From Gnetum montanum (lineage: Eukaryota; Plantae; Gnetophyta): a stretch of 64,000 bases of DNA. The notes under the pieces were generated by a model that saw only the letters and a program-made list of their open reading frames with translations, did no database searches and had not been told where the DNA came from. A program made the translations under genes and the position numbers. Positions 26,423 to 40,359 of this stretch are shown piece by piece. The stretch's first letter is position 1. Each line of letters starts with the position of its first letter. The DNA lies in assembly GCA_015680685.1 (NCBI GenBank), contig MNCI01001880.1, forward strand, positions 67,212 to 131,211, given 5' to 3'.

Positions 26423-28255
26423 AATTATGGATGAAGAGTTACCATTTGAAGTATCCATAGATGCTTATGGAATATGAATCAATGTAGTTCTTTCACAATA
26501 AGATAAAGTGGTATGTTATGAATCTCATAAATTACAAGGAACTAAGGTAAATTACTCAACCCATGATCTAGAATTACTAGCAATTGTTCATGCTTTAAAA
26601 GTTTGGAGATATTATCTTTGTGGAAAAATGTTTGTATGAAAAATAGATTATAAAAGTTTAGAATATTTGCTGAGACAACCTATTTTAAATACTTGTCAGT
26701 GACACTAGGTAGCATTATTGGCTAAATATGATTTTGAAATCAAATATATTCTCGATAAACAAAATGTGGTAGCCGATGCTCTTAGTTGAATGTGAAAATT
26801 AATGATAGGTGTGGTAACAACCCCTATGGAAGAATAGATTAAGAAATAGATAAAAGAATATCCTTACTTCAAGAATATTTTAACCAATAGTTCCTCTAAG
26901 CCTTAATATAAATTTGCTTCTAATGGTTTATTAATGAAAGGACAAAGAGTGTGCATTCCAGAAGGAAATTGGAGACTAAGGTTTTTATGTGAAGCACTTG
27001 AAGTACCATACACAGGACACCCAAGTTATATTAAGACTTATATGATGTTCCATAAATCTTATTTCTAGTCTAGAATGAAGAATGATGTGTCCTTGTACAT
27101 TAAAATCTATCCAACATGCCAAAGAATATAATCTAAACAAAATAAACCCAGTAGGTTATTAGAACCTATGGAAGTCCCAACCTAGAAATGTGAAGATGTT
27201 ACCATGGATTTCATTGTATGATTGCCAATAACCAAAATAGAAATGAATTGATTCTGGTAGTTGTTGATCATCTATCAAAGATGGCACATTTTATAGCTTT
27301 GAAATCTACAAACATAGCCAAATAAGTAGTCCAAAAATTTGTACAAGAAGTATTTTGATTACATGGACATTCAAAATGTATCATCTTAGACTAAGACCCT
27401 AAGTTCATATCCAAATTCTACCAAAATTTCTTTACAATGCTTGGAACCTAGTTGAAATTTAGCATAGCTTACCACTTAGAGACTAATGGGCAAACTAAAC
27501 ATGTGAATATAATACTAGAAGATATTATATAAAGCTATGTTGGGAGTAGCCTGAAAATGTCAGAGAATTGTTTAGACCTGGTAGAATTTTCCTATAACAA
27601 TAATTATCAAGGTTTCATACATCGAACACCATTTGAAGTAGTATATAGATGTAATTTCTGAATACCACTAACCTAGGTAGATTGAACCTTAAGAATGGAA
27701 TGGAATGGAATAAAGAAGAAATGAAAATAATGGAAAACATTATTACAAGAGTTAAGAAAACTTTACAAGTTGCACAATATAAATTTAAGGAATATGCAGA
27801 TCAACATTGGCTTAAGAAAGAATTCCAATTGGGAGATCAAGTATTACTAAGAGTAAAACCTACCAAGAATTTTCTAAAACTTGGAAAATATACTAAATTG
27901 ACACTTAGATATTGTGGACCCTTTGAAATTTCTAAAATAATTGGTGATGTAGCATATTAGTTAAATCTTCCAACAACATTAAGAATTCATCCAGTTTTCC
28001 ATGTAAGTTTGCTAAAGAAATTTCATGCAAATTATATGCCATCTGTACTATATTGGAATACTTTGCCACTATGATCCAATGCCTACTTTGAAGTTAAACC
28101 CATTGTAATTAATAACCATCAAACCAAGAAGCTATGAAATAAAACTATCAATGAAGTACTTGTTTAGTGGTTAAATTATGATCAACAAACTTGGGAAAAT
28201 AGGGAGTTTATTCTTAACACTTACTTCCAACTCTTTTATCATCATGATATTGAAT
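26423..28255 (+). pseudogene. Element C RNase H, integrase and chromodomain (decayed)
   Basis: NYSTHDLELLAIVHALKVWRYYL (~26550), NVVADALS, DVTMDFIV, TNGQTKHVN, RYCGPFEI, IHPVFHVSLLK, and chromodomain-like EVLV*WLNYDQQTWE (~28150-28200). Confidence 0.9.
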
Positions 28256-28441
28256 GAAAAATTGTATTTATTATTAATTGAATAAATTATATTTTATAAT
28301 TTTTTATCTTTTATTTGTATAGATGATAATGAGGATAATAAAGAAGCTGAAGCTAAGGAGCATAATGCATAATGTTGTAGCTAAGTAGCTAGATATAGAG
28401 GAAGAGCTTGAGGATAAGTTAGATGCTTAAGGGGGGTAAAT

Positions 28442-28764
28442 TATAATGTCTCATCCTTTTTTAAGGGTGGAAACATATTTTGAAAATGTAATTAACCTTT
28501 AAATTAAGGGGTATCTCATTATGAGGAGTTACAATTATTCATGTATTCCTCGGGAATGGGTTTGACCTATGCCATTTAGGTCTAAGCTTAGAGGTCATGC
28601 CAACATGGAGTTGTGCAGCCTAGAAAGGCAAGTAATAGGAGCTAGGTGAAGTAGGATAAGAAGGGACTGATCACCCCTTCAATTGGACAACCTAACTATG
28701 GTGGTAGTGCCAAATTGCCTCTAAGGCTTAAGTGGCATTGGAAGATAACCCAAAGGGCATTACA
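28442..28764 (+). repeat. 3' LTR of element C (~320 bp), preceded by a PPT
   Basis: PPT AAGGGGGG at 28429-28436. Termini TATAATGTC...GGCATTACA are a decayed TGTAATGCC/GGCATTACA inverted pair. Confidence 0.7.
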
Positions 28765-30199
28765 ATACTCTCTCTTACTAATAATTTTTTTCATTTTCTT
28801 TCCTATTCTAAGTACCAGTTATTCATTTACCACTTAATTCATTATTTAACTATTTTATGATATTTCCATTATATTACTTAAGAATGAAATGATTGCGATG
28901 ACTTAAGTGATGAATGATTGTGTTTTTATGAGATTTGGGAATGCAATGTCACAATTAGTTTAGAAAAGAAAAGTTTTTTACTATCATATTATAATTATAA
29001 TAATATTAACTTTATGAATTAGGTAAAAATATGGATTTTCTTGGTCATATGATACTCATCATGAAATGCGTTTTCTTAAGAGAGAATTTTACTTTAGAAC
29101 ATTAATCCACAATTGTTGACTTTACATATAAATATCTAATTCATGTAGTGTAGTAGAAACTAGTACTAAAGTGATTCTTTTATTTATCACATATATTATG
29201 AATTTCATGGATTTTTTTTTCGATATTAAAGTGATTTTATTAGTCTTAGTGTAACTTTTGAGGAGTGGTGTTAAAGATTTTTTGTTTTCAAGCAAGCTTA
29301 ATATGCTAATTATTTTTCATATTTTGTAACACCATGAATATTTGTGTACACTTTCATGATGTAAATACCATATATAGTATTATTGTATTATACTATTTAA
29401 TGTTTAGATTTTCTTAAGAATAATTATATTTCTTGTACTCCTTAACTAGTTTTAACTATTTGTTGTGTTTTTTTATTATATCAACATAACTATTTCTATT
29501 TACCTATAAAGGTATTAATTTTGGATATTTTAATTGAGTGAATAGAACATAATAGAGACACATGGTTTAATATTACTTTTCTTTATTTGTCTTTATTTAT
29601 TATTAGGATGTAGCATGTGTGAGTAACATCATGAATACTATAATATTCATGGTTTGTTCTAACCTTTATGTTTTTTAGTTTATGTTATGATAGTTATCAA
29701 AGTATTTATAGTTTCTTGAATATTGTGACCTAAGCATTATAAAAATTAACACTGAGAAGTATTGCCATCTATGCTCCTTAAATAGTTTTCTCTCTTATAA
29801 CCAAGCTAGCCACAAACATAGTTGGATAAAATATTATGGATATGTCCAACCTACTCATAGAGAAAACATGTAAGGGATCCATAAGTGATTTCACCTTCCA
29901 AAGACTACTACTAATGTTTCTATGAATAAGATTTTCTACCACTAGGTTCCTTGGTTTTTTAGATTCACTAAGCTTAGTCCTAGGATAAGGATTTCTCTTA
30001 TAAGCCTATATATAACATGCGTCCTTATATTACTAACTTTACTCTAGTGTATCACTTGGATCCATGCATCTTCATATGTTGAGAGATGAAGAGGAAGAAG
30101 ATGATCTTTAATTAATGCTTGTAACCCATGAAAAAATCATTTCACACATGCTACCTCATCATGTTGAATGTGAAGCATGTGCATACTAAGTACTAAGAA

Positions 30200-30600
30200 C
30201 TTCATGTCATACTTAAGAAAAATTTAGTTACCTTGGTAGATGTGGTAGAACTCCATGCACATACTTAATAGGAATGTATTGCTCCTTTAACACATGTAAG
30301 AACTCATCCTAGAGAACATTGGTATCCTCACAATACTTAATTTTTTTCTATGTTGCTCACCAAAAACTAGCTACACCTTTGAGCTGGTACATAGTTAGTT
30401 GGATCTACTACTCAAGAACAAATCCTAATAATTTAATTGCTTTCCCTAACTCATCAAGCCATTTAGTTGTTGCAATGAAATCTTCCTCCCTAATGAAGGT
30501 GGAAAGCTCTAACTTATAGAATTATTCCCTAAGTTTCCAATCCATGGAATGCCTACCACCATCAAAACTAGTACTAGAAAATGACATTTGTAAACAATGC
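30200..30600 (-). pseudogene. Remnant Ty3/gypsy (Tekay-like) gag of an older element that hosts D
   Basis: KWLDELGKAIKLLG...QLTMYQLKGVASFW...DEFLHVLKEQYIP matches the retrotransposon gag pattern. Confidence 0.65.
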
Positions 30601-31080
30601 GTCATTTTTTGTAAAAGAAACTTTAACATATGTCAACTAATCTCTATGTAAGGTACCTCCACATGAGGAGTAGTGTTATTGTTATTGGCCAAAATCTCCA
30701 ACTTAGGTTCAACATCCTTAATATGGGGGCCTAGATCATGTTTATAAATTATTGCAAGAATTGATAATCCCACACATATATCTCTAGCAGTATGAACTCT
30801 CATAATCTCTTGGATATCCAAACAACAAGGTTAATAAGGACTCCCAAAAAATATATTTTCTAATACCAACTTACAATAACCTTTCTACATAACCTAGGCA
30901 AAGAAGGTATTACATCAATCTATATCCAAGATTCCTAATCATGGTAATCATCTAAGCATAGACAAAAAAGAGTTATGATAATGGAGCATGGAAGGAAAAT
31001 CACTAAATGTTCATGCAATGTTGAAATGAAACACAAAATCCATGACTCATAATAATTGGCAACAATGTAAGGAATAAGAA

Positions 31081-32087
31081 TGAGACACCCTAAAGAAATT
31101 CATATTATAACCCCTGGCCAAAAGTCTTTTTAATTTGAGAAAAAAATAAAGGGAGATACAATTACCTTATTTTCCCAAAGATTCTAGCATCATGACTTTA
31201 TGGTACTAATGTTAACACTAGCATCATGACTCTATGGTACTAAAACTAATGCTAGTGTCATGACTTTATGGTATCGACACTATGCTAGTGTCATGTCTCT
31301 ATGGTGTTGATTCTATGCTAGCATCGTGACTCTATTGTACTACTGTTGATGCTAGCATCATGAATTTATGGTACTGACACTATGTTGGGGTCATGACTTT
31401 ATGGTACCAACACTAATGCTACATGCAAAGGTGTTCTAGGTACAATGGAAGGTGCTAGAAATTCATTAGCAATCATGATAGAATTAATTAATGACCAAAC
31501 ATAGATCCAAGGATTATTTAAGCAACAATCTACTTCATAATATTGGCTTTTGGCTTTTTTTCATTCGCATTGAATCTGAGACCTTCAAGCAGTGTAGATA
31601 CGCAAGAGTCCATGATGACTATCACCATTGTTCTATAACACAAAGCATCAAAGATGTCAAGAACCAATTTGTAGCTAGATTATGTAGCACTAGATCTATG
31701 AGAGGAGACTACAGAACACATCGTACCTCCTATGTTAGAATCCAAATTCATTATTTCAATCATAGGATGCAAAAGCCCAAATCTCTATTTTTGGAATTCA
31801 TATTGTTGTGGTATTTCAAAACATTTAATTAGAAAGTTTTGGTAGTGTTGTGCTATATTTTATTTCTATATTTTCTACAATTGTGTTTGCATTTCAGTTT
31901 CATTTAATGAATATTTTCTCACTTATTTACATTCATTAATACTTGGTAATAAACATTCAAGTCCTCAAGTGATCTTCTAGACCATTTGATGCACTAGCAA
32001 ATCCTTTTCAAGGCCCATGGATCTATGGGTTGAACTGTTCCAATGGGGATCTTTGATCCTCCAACACCAAATTTTTCTATCGCTATA
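31081..32087 (+). repeat. 5' LTR of element D, with 7 units of a 33-34 bp repeat (31184-31418)
   Basis: Collinear with 58540-59715. Unit CTAGCATCATGACTTTATGGTACCAATGCTATG. Confidence 0.9.
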
Positions 32088-32407
32088 GTTTTTATGGTAG
32101 AGGAAGGGCCTCCACCTAACTTCTTCATCTAGACCTACTGCAGTGTTTTCCTATTTCATGTTTTTAACAGATTGATCCAAAACATTATTTTTGGTTTTAC
32201 CTATGCAGTGTGTGTACCACAACTAGTTTTTGATTTTAGCCTCTCTTCATTGCAACCTATAACTCTAACAATATTTTTTTTATTATTATTATTGCAATGT
32301 GTAGTATCTTTGCCACTATATGCTAGAGAAAGCTAAAAAAATAATTTTAAATTTTATAGTTGTAGTTGTAGCATAGATGCTAGAAGCCCTTTTTAATTTC
32401 CTAGGTC

Positions 32408-32590
32408 GTTGATGCTATAATTCTCATTAATGCTACAATTGTCATTGAAACTCCACAATTTTCATTGATGCTATAATTGTTATTGATTCTACATAATTAT
32501 CATTGATGCTTCAATTGTCATTGATTCTATGCAACTTTCATTGATGCTAAAACTACAATTAACACTACAAGTATCATTGATGCTACAACC
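32408..32590. repeat. 18-19 bp tandem array in the D leader
   Basis: About 9 units of CATTGATGCTACAATT(G/T)T. Confidence 0.8.
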
Positions 32591-33296
32591 CAGGTACGCT
32601 AAAGCCTTCACATGATATGTATGATAAACCTTTCATCTAGTTAAAGACTTCATTAATGCCTTGTCACCAATCCACTATATTGCCAATTAACCTCACTTAC
32701 ATGGCCCCAAACCAAGATAGAGTCCACATATATGACCCAAAAGACCTCATTGTCATTAACAGTAGATAATTGTTAAGGGAAAGGGGTAGGAATCTAGACT
32801 TTATAGTGATCAATGAGGGATTTTATAATTTTCTTTGAGTCAAAATACAAGTTGGACTCATTCCATGCTCTAAGTTTGATGCTAAGCATCAATTTAAATT
32901 CATACATCAAGATAAAAAAGAATATATTCCCTCATCTTATGAGAAAATACCTTTAATAAATTTCTATACACACATGCTAATATAGCTTATAGATGTAGAA
33001 GAGTGGAGTGAGGAGATTAATTTAGAGGGAAACCAAGAGGAGAAAAATGAATTTGAGATAGAGTAAGAGCCAAAAAAATTTATCAAAAGACTCTTTGAAT
33101 AGTTAACTCCTTAAATAATTGTTACTAACGTCATGCCCCTAGTATACTCTATGAATCAAGTCATACCATCATCCCCCTTGCAGCCTATGGTGTGTGGGCC
33201 CATACATATGATTTTCACATACCAATACCAACATATGTGTTAGTTTGTCTCACTATTCTTGTTGATGTCCTTTGCAACATAATCTTTTTTTGTTTT

Positions 33297-36200
33297 TGAA
33301 ACACCCTAGAATTTTGGGACCCTCTTGGTCCATCGAGGTCTTAGAATTCAGGCAAAGAATTTCCACAAGTGTAGCATCATGACAGTTTGGTAGGAAATGG
33401 ATGCTCTGAGTTCAGACTATCCAGTTTGACAAGTTTTCTACATCTAGTCTTGACAGGCATGATGGACTCTCCAACCTACCCACCTGGACAATTCATCTAG
33501 CTGACAGTCTACTCAGAAAACACATGTGGAGTTGTCGATGGTGCTCAGGATAGATGAAACAGTTTGGAAAGTTTTCTAGTCAAGACGTTTGGTATGCTAT
33601 GCTATGCTATGTAGCATAGTAGGCCTCGGAAGATGGTTTTTTAGGTAATCAACTGCGAATTGTTACAAGATAGTGCTACACTACACAGCATAGCACAGCG
33701 TAGCAAAAGAAAGACAAAGAGGCCCAACTTACTTAGTGATTTCGATTACACTCGGTAAGCATCTCCAGCCTTCAAAAATAGTTGCCTCACTCAACTTCAA
33801 GTCCTTCAGTAAAGCTCCTCTTACTAGAAAAAGTAGCAAATTAAGTAAGAAGTAGGCTATAGAGGCTTCTACGCTATGCTATGCTACGCAGTGTAGCATG
33901 ATGTAGCAACAATGCAAAGAACAACGAAAGGCATCTTAACATGTAGGATCATCAAGTTCAAAGGCTTCACATCACAAAGGTTGCAGATTGTCAACATGAT
34001 CTTCAAATCACAGTTAAGGCAAGTTTCTACGCTATGCTACGCTACGTAGCATATCATAGCATAGGAAATACACAAAATTATCCAATACACTTCAAAGGCT
34101 CCTAGCACCTGCAATCAACTCCAACGTAGATTTCTCCTTTGAACTGGTGGCTACGCTATGCTACGCCACATAGCGTAGCACAACGTAGCAAGTAGCTATG
34201 CTACGTTTACATGACTATGCTCCACATCATAGCATAGCATAGTAGGTGGCTACGCTACATCAGTGTGCTTCACTCCTTATCTACATCATTGGCACATCTA
34301 ATCCTAAGCATCTCCAATGTCGACAACATGATTGTAGCATGGTAGGCTCATCATTCAACTTTGCATGTCCATGTAGCATGGACACGTCAACATCTTGTGG
34401 GTCCAAAACACATGGCATCCAAACCACATTCCTTGCATGCTCCTAGTCCTATAAATACACTGATGAGAAATGCTCAAAGGGTTGGAAAATTTTGGGGATT
34501 GTTGGAAAATTTATTGGTAAAGTTGGAAAAAGGGTTGGCAATCTTGAGCATTGTTAGCATTTTTCGAGTTGGCAAAATTTAAATAGTTGGCATCCCTGGT
34601 TGGCATTCTATTAGCTCTTTTCTATTACCTTTGTAGCATTTTGAATCGTTAGCTCTTGAGTTTGTGTTCAAGAGTATAGTTGGCTTGCTTTGAACACCTT
34701 AGTTACTTTTGGGATCTCTATGCTTCCCACTATGGGCGCAACCGATTGTATCCATCTTGACAAAGGAAGTCGTAACCTTGACGCGGTGCACTTCTTAACT
34801 CCATTTTACTTCGTTCTCTCATTTATCATTGCATTTTACATCATTTTCACTTCCCTCACATATAATAATTATTATTTTATGCTATAAACATTGTTCTCAC
34901 ATTATATGTTTGCAAAAGGTTTAGTGACACGGACTAAGTCCCTGTTTGATCAGCCATACCATTCAGGGCACTGCATTTCCATTTAATCCAGCATGGCCCT
35001 CACGCAGATCCGAGGTTAAGACTGTCCAACTGATGACCTCTTGGTGTTTCTAGCCACTGACATTTTTGATCACTACAGTTTGGCCATCACCCATGGTGTC
35101 TATCATACATCATCCTTTCTCCATATTAGTGGGCTTTTCTATGGGACCTCAAGCCACACAAGCTTCTCACATCCCCTTTGTCCCTTTTGTCCCTTAGTTC
35201 CCAATGCAAACATCCTTCTCTTTGATTTAGCTTCCTACCACAATGATCACCCAACCTTTGTCATCAATACCAATTCCTATTATACGTCCTAGGCTTTTCA
35301 ACTCCCTTTGTAGCCATCTGTACAAAAAACACAACCTATTGGAATGTCCCAAGGCCTAGATCAAGCCTTCTAGATGATCTAGGACCTTATTGAAGAGCTA
35401 TGAAAGCTCAAAGCCTCTACTACTTAGACAGTTAAGATAATGGGCTTCTACTACAATGATCTTATTAGCCTTATCATTCCCCAAGTAACCTTATCTATAG
35501 GCATGTCCATCCCAAAATTCACCCAAATACAATGATGAAGGAGATCCAAATGCACATCTTATCACCTTCCAATCTTAATGCCTTCTATTTTAAGCATGGC
35601 CACATACAATACTTTTGGTTTTTCCTATGTCCTTGAAAGAGAAGACTTTAGATTGGTATTGCAGCTTACCTAGGAGTTCTATTTCCTTCCTCAAAGACCT
35701 CGTAAACCAATTTGTCAATAGCTTTAGATACCACTTGAAGCCTAATGCAACATTGGGCCAAGTTATGAAGGTAAAGTAGGGGCCACTTGAACCAATACAT
35801 AGGTTAATTCAAAGATGGAATGCAACACTCAATGATATCCTTGAGCCCATTTCTAAAATCCACCTCTTGGCTATCTTCAAGGGAGTAGTCAATGACTTTA
35901 TCAAGTTAAAACTATATTACTTAGAACCTTAGTCATTAGGCCAAGCATTTTCATAAACCAAGAACATAGAAGTAGCTATTGAAGGTAGCAATGATATTTC
36001 CTACATGATCCATAAAAACCAACACACAAGGAGGGACAGGAAGAGAACTAAGTAAGAACAAACAACTGTGGTTGTGGTATCCAAGAATAAAAAGCAAGTA
36101 GAAAGGAAAAAATCTCCATGACATAACACATCTCTTGACTCATAACAAGTATCCACATCATATAAACCAAGATCTTACTTTGAATGCAAAGATATGTCTA

Positions 36201-38802
36201 AGTACACAAAGTTTCCTATGAAACCCTTTCAACTTCTAGAATAGTTTTTTAAAAACAACTGAATCCAACATAAGCAACTTTTCAAGGAGGCTTGTAAGAG
36301 GCATGATTATCTTTGTGAGATAGCTAGAGATCCAACAATAGTAGCCAAAGATAATTTGAAACTACCGAAGTACTTCAAGCTAGATAGATTTTGCCATTAC
36401 CATCAAATGGTTGATCATAATACCAATTTTTTCCTAGCTTGAAAGATGACATCCATAAAATGATTGACCATGGAGAATTAGTTTTGAATGAGCCCAACTC
36501 TTCAGAAACTAATAACTCTGATATTGTAGCCTTGTTCACAATAACCAAATGGTCTAACCCTCCTAAGGAAGCATTTGTTATCAAGGTACCATCCCAAACT
36601 CAAAATGTAAAACCTAAAGCCCCTTTCATAATTAGGGTATCACCACCTTTAGCCCTTAAGAAATCCTTCATTATACGTGTCCCACCTTTAGTGGCATCAA
36701 CTTCATAGCCCAAACCACACGTTACCAACCCTCTTAAAGAACCATTTGTTATTAGGACCCCTCCACCTTTAATAAGTAAACCTCCAATAGCCCATGACCA
36801 AAGCTCACCTATAGTGGCCAACAAGTTAGTGGTTAGCAAAAAAGTCATCATCACAATGGAAACAAAAACAACCTATCACCAAATCAATAACAAAGCCTAC
36901 TAAAGATAACCAATAAAAGGGTTTGAAGAAATTTGAACCACCAAAACCTACACAAAGATTAACTACACCCATGGAGAAGGAGTCCAACGTACATATATTA
37001 AAACATGAGCCAAAAATCCTAGGAATGTTAGAGGAAATTAAAGCCACCAAGGTTGAAAGATCACATGCCAAGGGAAGCGATTTCCTCACAACAATGGCAC
37101 AAGAAAAATGGTTGTTGAAATAAAAGAACACCTCATTAAACTTATATAACCTAGTCATGACCTCTCCTACCCATAGGGATGCACTAGCTTAAGTGTTGAC
37201 TCCTATTCCTACGAGCAAAGACATGCCCATCAATAAAGAATTAATCAACTCCATCATTGAGCAAGCTTCACTTAGGGAAAAAGGACATCAACTTTTGCTA
37301 AACTTTTGCGATAGTAAGGTGAAGATGGATTCAAAAAATGGAGAAGTCATATCTACTCCTCTCCTCTTTACTATATGTGTTGGTAGGTACAAGGTTCATT
37401 ATCTTCATGTGGATGAAGAGGCAGCAACTAATGTAATACCGTACACCATTGTGGAGAAACTAGGTCTAACCAAAAACATCCAAGATACCACTACCTTAGT
37501 GCTCAAGTCAGTTAATGGAACATGANATACACCATTGTGAAGAAACTAGGTCTAACCAAAAACATCCAAGATACCACTACCTTAGTGCTCAAGTCAGTTA
37601 ATGGAACATGAGCTGTTGTTTGAGGTTCTATCTCCTTGGATTTTGTAGCTAGAGAATAGTTTCCCACATCCACTAACTTCCTATATGTGGAAGAGACACC
37701 TAGTTTCAACTTGATCCTAGGAAGACCATGGTTAGCTAAGCTACACACAATCATGTCTCCTATACACCAAAAGATCCATTTACCATATGAGGAAGGAAAA
37801 ATTATGATCCATGGAGACAATGTGTTGGTACCATTGGTTAACTATGTCAACATTGACTGAGGTTTGGAGGTGGAGTATCAAGAGGAATCTCCTGATAGTT
37901 AGACTAGGGCGAACAACAAGAAAAACCACAATGTTAGCAACATAAAATCTAAGATCCTAAACAATCAATGACAATACCTACCGATTGCCATTTTTAACAA
38001 GAAAAATGATGAAACTAGAATCACACAAAGAAAGCCCCTAGATTTATTTGGGGTTAAGCAATAAATACATCATGAACACTTTATTGCTTCTTTGGCTAAT
38101 GACTATTTGTTTACTTTTGCAACATTATATCATGCTTTTTTGAGAGTACCCCATACTAGACAGGTGTGTTCATGGCCTGCTAAGGTCTAAAACTAGCAAA
38201 TCATGACCTACCATGACCTAAAATTGGTAAATTTGTGGCCTCCCTTTCATCTCTTCAATGTACAATTGAACCAATTTGCTTCTTCGTTTTATGTTTGGGG
38301 CATTTGCTTTAAAAGATATGCCCTCTTTTACACTTTCACATTTTTCAAGTTATCACCACTTGGCAACCCTATTGTTCTAACTCAGCCTTTTGTGCAAGAT
38401 AAATATAAAGTGAAATAAAAGATAAACATAAAATTTTAAAAACAAAATTTTTTTACCTATAACCAAGAATGTCCATTCTAATAGCCATGACCACACAATG
38501 CAATGAAACAATAACAAAATAATAACACCATTATAGTGCAACAAAATAACAAAAATAATAACTACAATAGTCCCCAAGGTTATGATAGCCAAGTAATAAA
38601 CAACCATAACAACATAACAAAAACGAAAAGGAAAGAAAGAAAGAAAGTATGCTAAGTTTATTAGTGGATAAGAACTAAGTCATGTGAGGAGGAGAACCAC
38701 TATCAACATCATTACCAAGGCCATCACCATTGGGGTCTACGAACAATAAAAATATGCAATTATGCCATAAATGCAATCATTAAAATATAAAATAATCATA
38801 AA
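33297..38802 (+). mobile_element. Element E: 3'-truncated relative of B nested in D (5' LTR 33297-35087, leader deleted, gag-protease, start of spacer)
   Basis: LTR starts TGAAACACC and ends GATGACCTCTTGGTG...CACTACA, the reverse complement of B's LTR ends. The PBS is cut after TGGC. No 3' LTR was found. Confidence 0.85.
35100..38050 (+). pseudogene. Element E gag-protease (decayed)
   Basis: YNDEGDPNAHL (~35530), FCHYHQMVDH (~36390), HVDEEAATNVIP (~37406), FNLILGRPWL (~37705). Collinear with the B gag-protease. Confidence 0.85.
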
Positions 38803-39429
38803 CTAATAAAAGTTTTGCCCATGCGATGAACCCATGTAGAAGAGATAATATATTAACAAAAATTTAAATAAGCGAAATCCCAACTTAATCCTTTATCAAG
38901 AAGCAAACCTTTAATGTATTCTAGGAAACTTTCTATCTCAAGTCAATACTTAGCCCACCTATTCATTATTGAAAGCTCATGTTTTTGAAGAATCTACTAT
39001 GCAAATGTCTATATGTAATGTGGCTCATGAGTAGATTAACATGCATTTAATGTCACATGTTCAATCCTGAAATGTTATATTGAAATATATAAACACTATT
39101 AAAAGAAATTGCTTAAATTGAAATGTTGTCCAATAGATCCTTGGGAATTACACTTAGATGTAAGAGATCAATCTTGAAATTTTAATCATACAGTGTGCAT
39201 ATCATCGTCATGGTGCATTTACCTCATCACTATTAGTCAACCCGTTATGGTAGCCCAAAAGAGTGTATGTTGGTAGATGCTAGGCTTATTTTATCTTGCA
39301 AATTCATTATGTGGGCGATGTTTCAATAGTAGAGTGATTCCAAAACAGTGTATCGAAGAAATAAAATCCGACACTATGAGGTGTCAAAACGAAAAGAAAC
39401 TTAAAAATTCTGGTTCATTCCTTTAATTT

Positions 39430-40140
39430 GCCGACAGATTTGAGAGCGTTTGCTGGACAAGTTTCCTCTGTTTTTCCTCTAACTACCTTAGCCATGCCAG
39501 GAAGAAGAAGAAGAAACCAAGCTTTAGTTACTAGAATCGACAGACCCAGAACTCTCATCTTTCATTCTTGTTCTGCATGTGTCCCAATTTTGGGTTCCGT
39601 GATTCCATTCTGCTGCTGCTGCTGGTCTGCCACTGGCAGCCTCTGAGAACCCATTATTTACAGTGCAGTTATCAGTAGCCTTCTCAAGTCTAAGTCTTTT
39701 GCTCTCGATGACTTTTGCCTCCAAATTTCCCAAGTTTTGGGAAGTCTTCCATGAACCTTATGCTCTGAAAATTCCCATAATCTCGATGCCTCTGCTGCTA
39801 CTGCTGCTTCGGAAAGAACTGGGGATTCGGTTTGGGTGATTTTGTTTCCATCCTTTGGCAACCAACGATCAGTCCGTGTATCACATCCCCAAGAAGCAGT
39901 TGCAGGATGATGATTTGCTGTGTTTTGTTGCGTCTGTAGTGCTCCTCCTCCTGCAGTGGTATACGTTTCTTGCTGATTTTGATCACGGTGACCTGTATTT
40001 TCTGTAACGGTTGACTGCTGCTGCCATGGATGGGGAGCACCATTTTCCCTGTATCTTGTTACTCCATGATTATTGCTCAAAGTTCCTCCTTTTAAATGAA
40101 GCTGCTGCAAGGAGCTTGAATAATTTGAGATTCTCTCCAA
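39430..40140 (-). pseudogene. Captured-looking low-complexity coding fragment of an unidentified host gene (frameshifted)
   Basis: 160-aa Q/A/T-rich ORF that continues in another frame (GNLEAKVIESKRLRLEK...). CpG and CAG/CTG are retained, unlike in the flanking TEs. Confidence 0.45.
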
Positions 40141-40359
40141 AAGAGTCCAGTTAATTCCCTTGAACAGGGTAATTCTATTTAAGTTATCCTATTTTTAAAA
40201 GAATGCCAAATACAAGATATTTGACCAGTTAGGAGGATGGAACATTTCGAATCAACCCTCTTTCAATAGGGTGTTAGTTTCATCACTTCCGTATCATAAG
40301 GAAGGAATCATGGTTGGCGTCCTTACATAAATACAATTTGACATCTGGTGCTTCGTTGC

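Larger units (their letters stand above)
5708..28764 (+). mobile_element. Element C: chromovirus-type Ty3/gypsy retrotransposon, interrupted by element B; 5' LTR not in the window
   Basis: Domain order gag-ZnK-PR-RT-RH-INT-chromodomain, then PPT and LTR. The reading frame A-P-I-L/R-I-M-D-E-E-L-P-F-E-V rejoins across the B insertion. Confidence 0.9.

Noticed and set aside
37442-37611. ~84-bp tandem duplication in the element E protease
   Set aside because: The two near-identical copies are separated by a single N, which is typical of an unmerged contig overlap.
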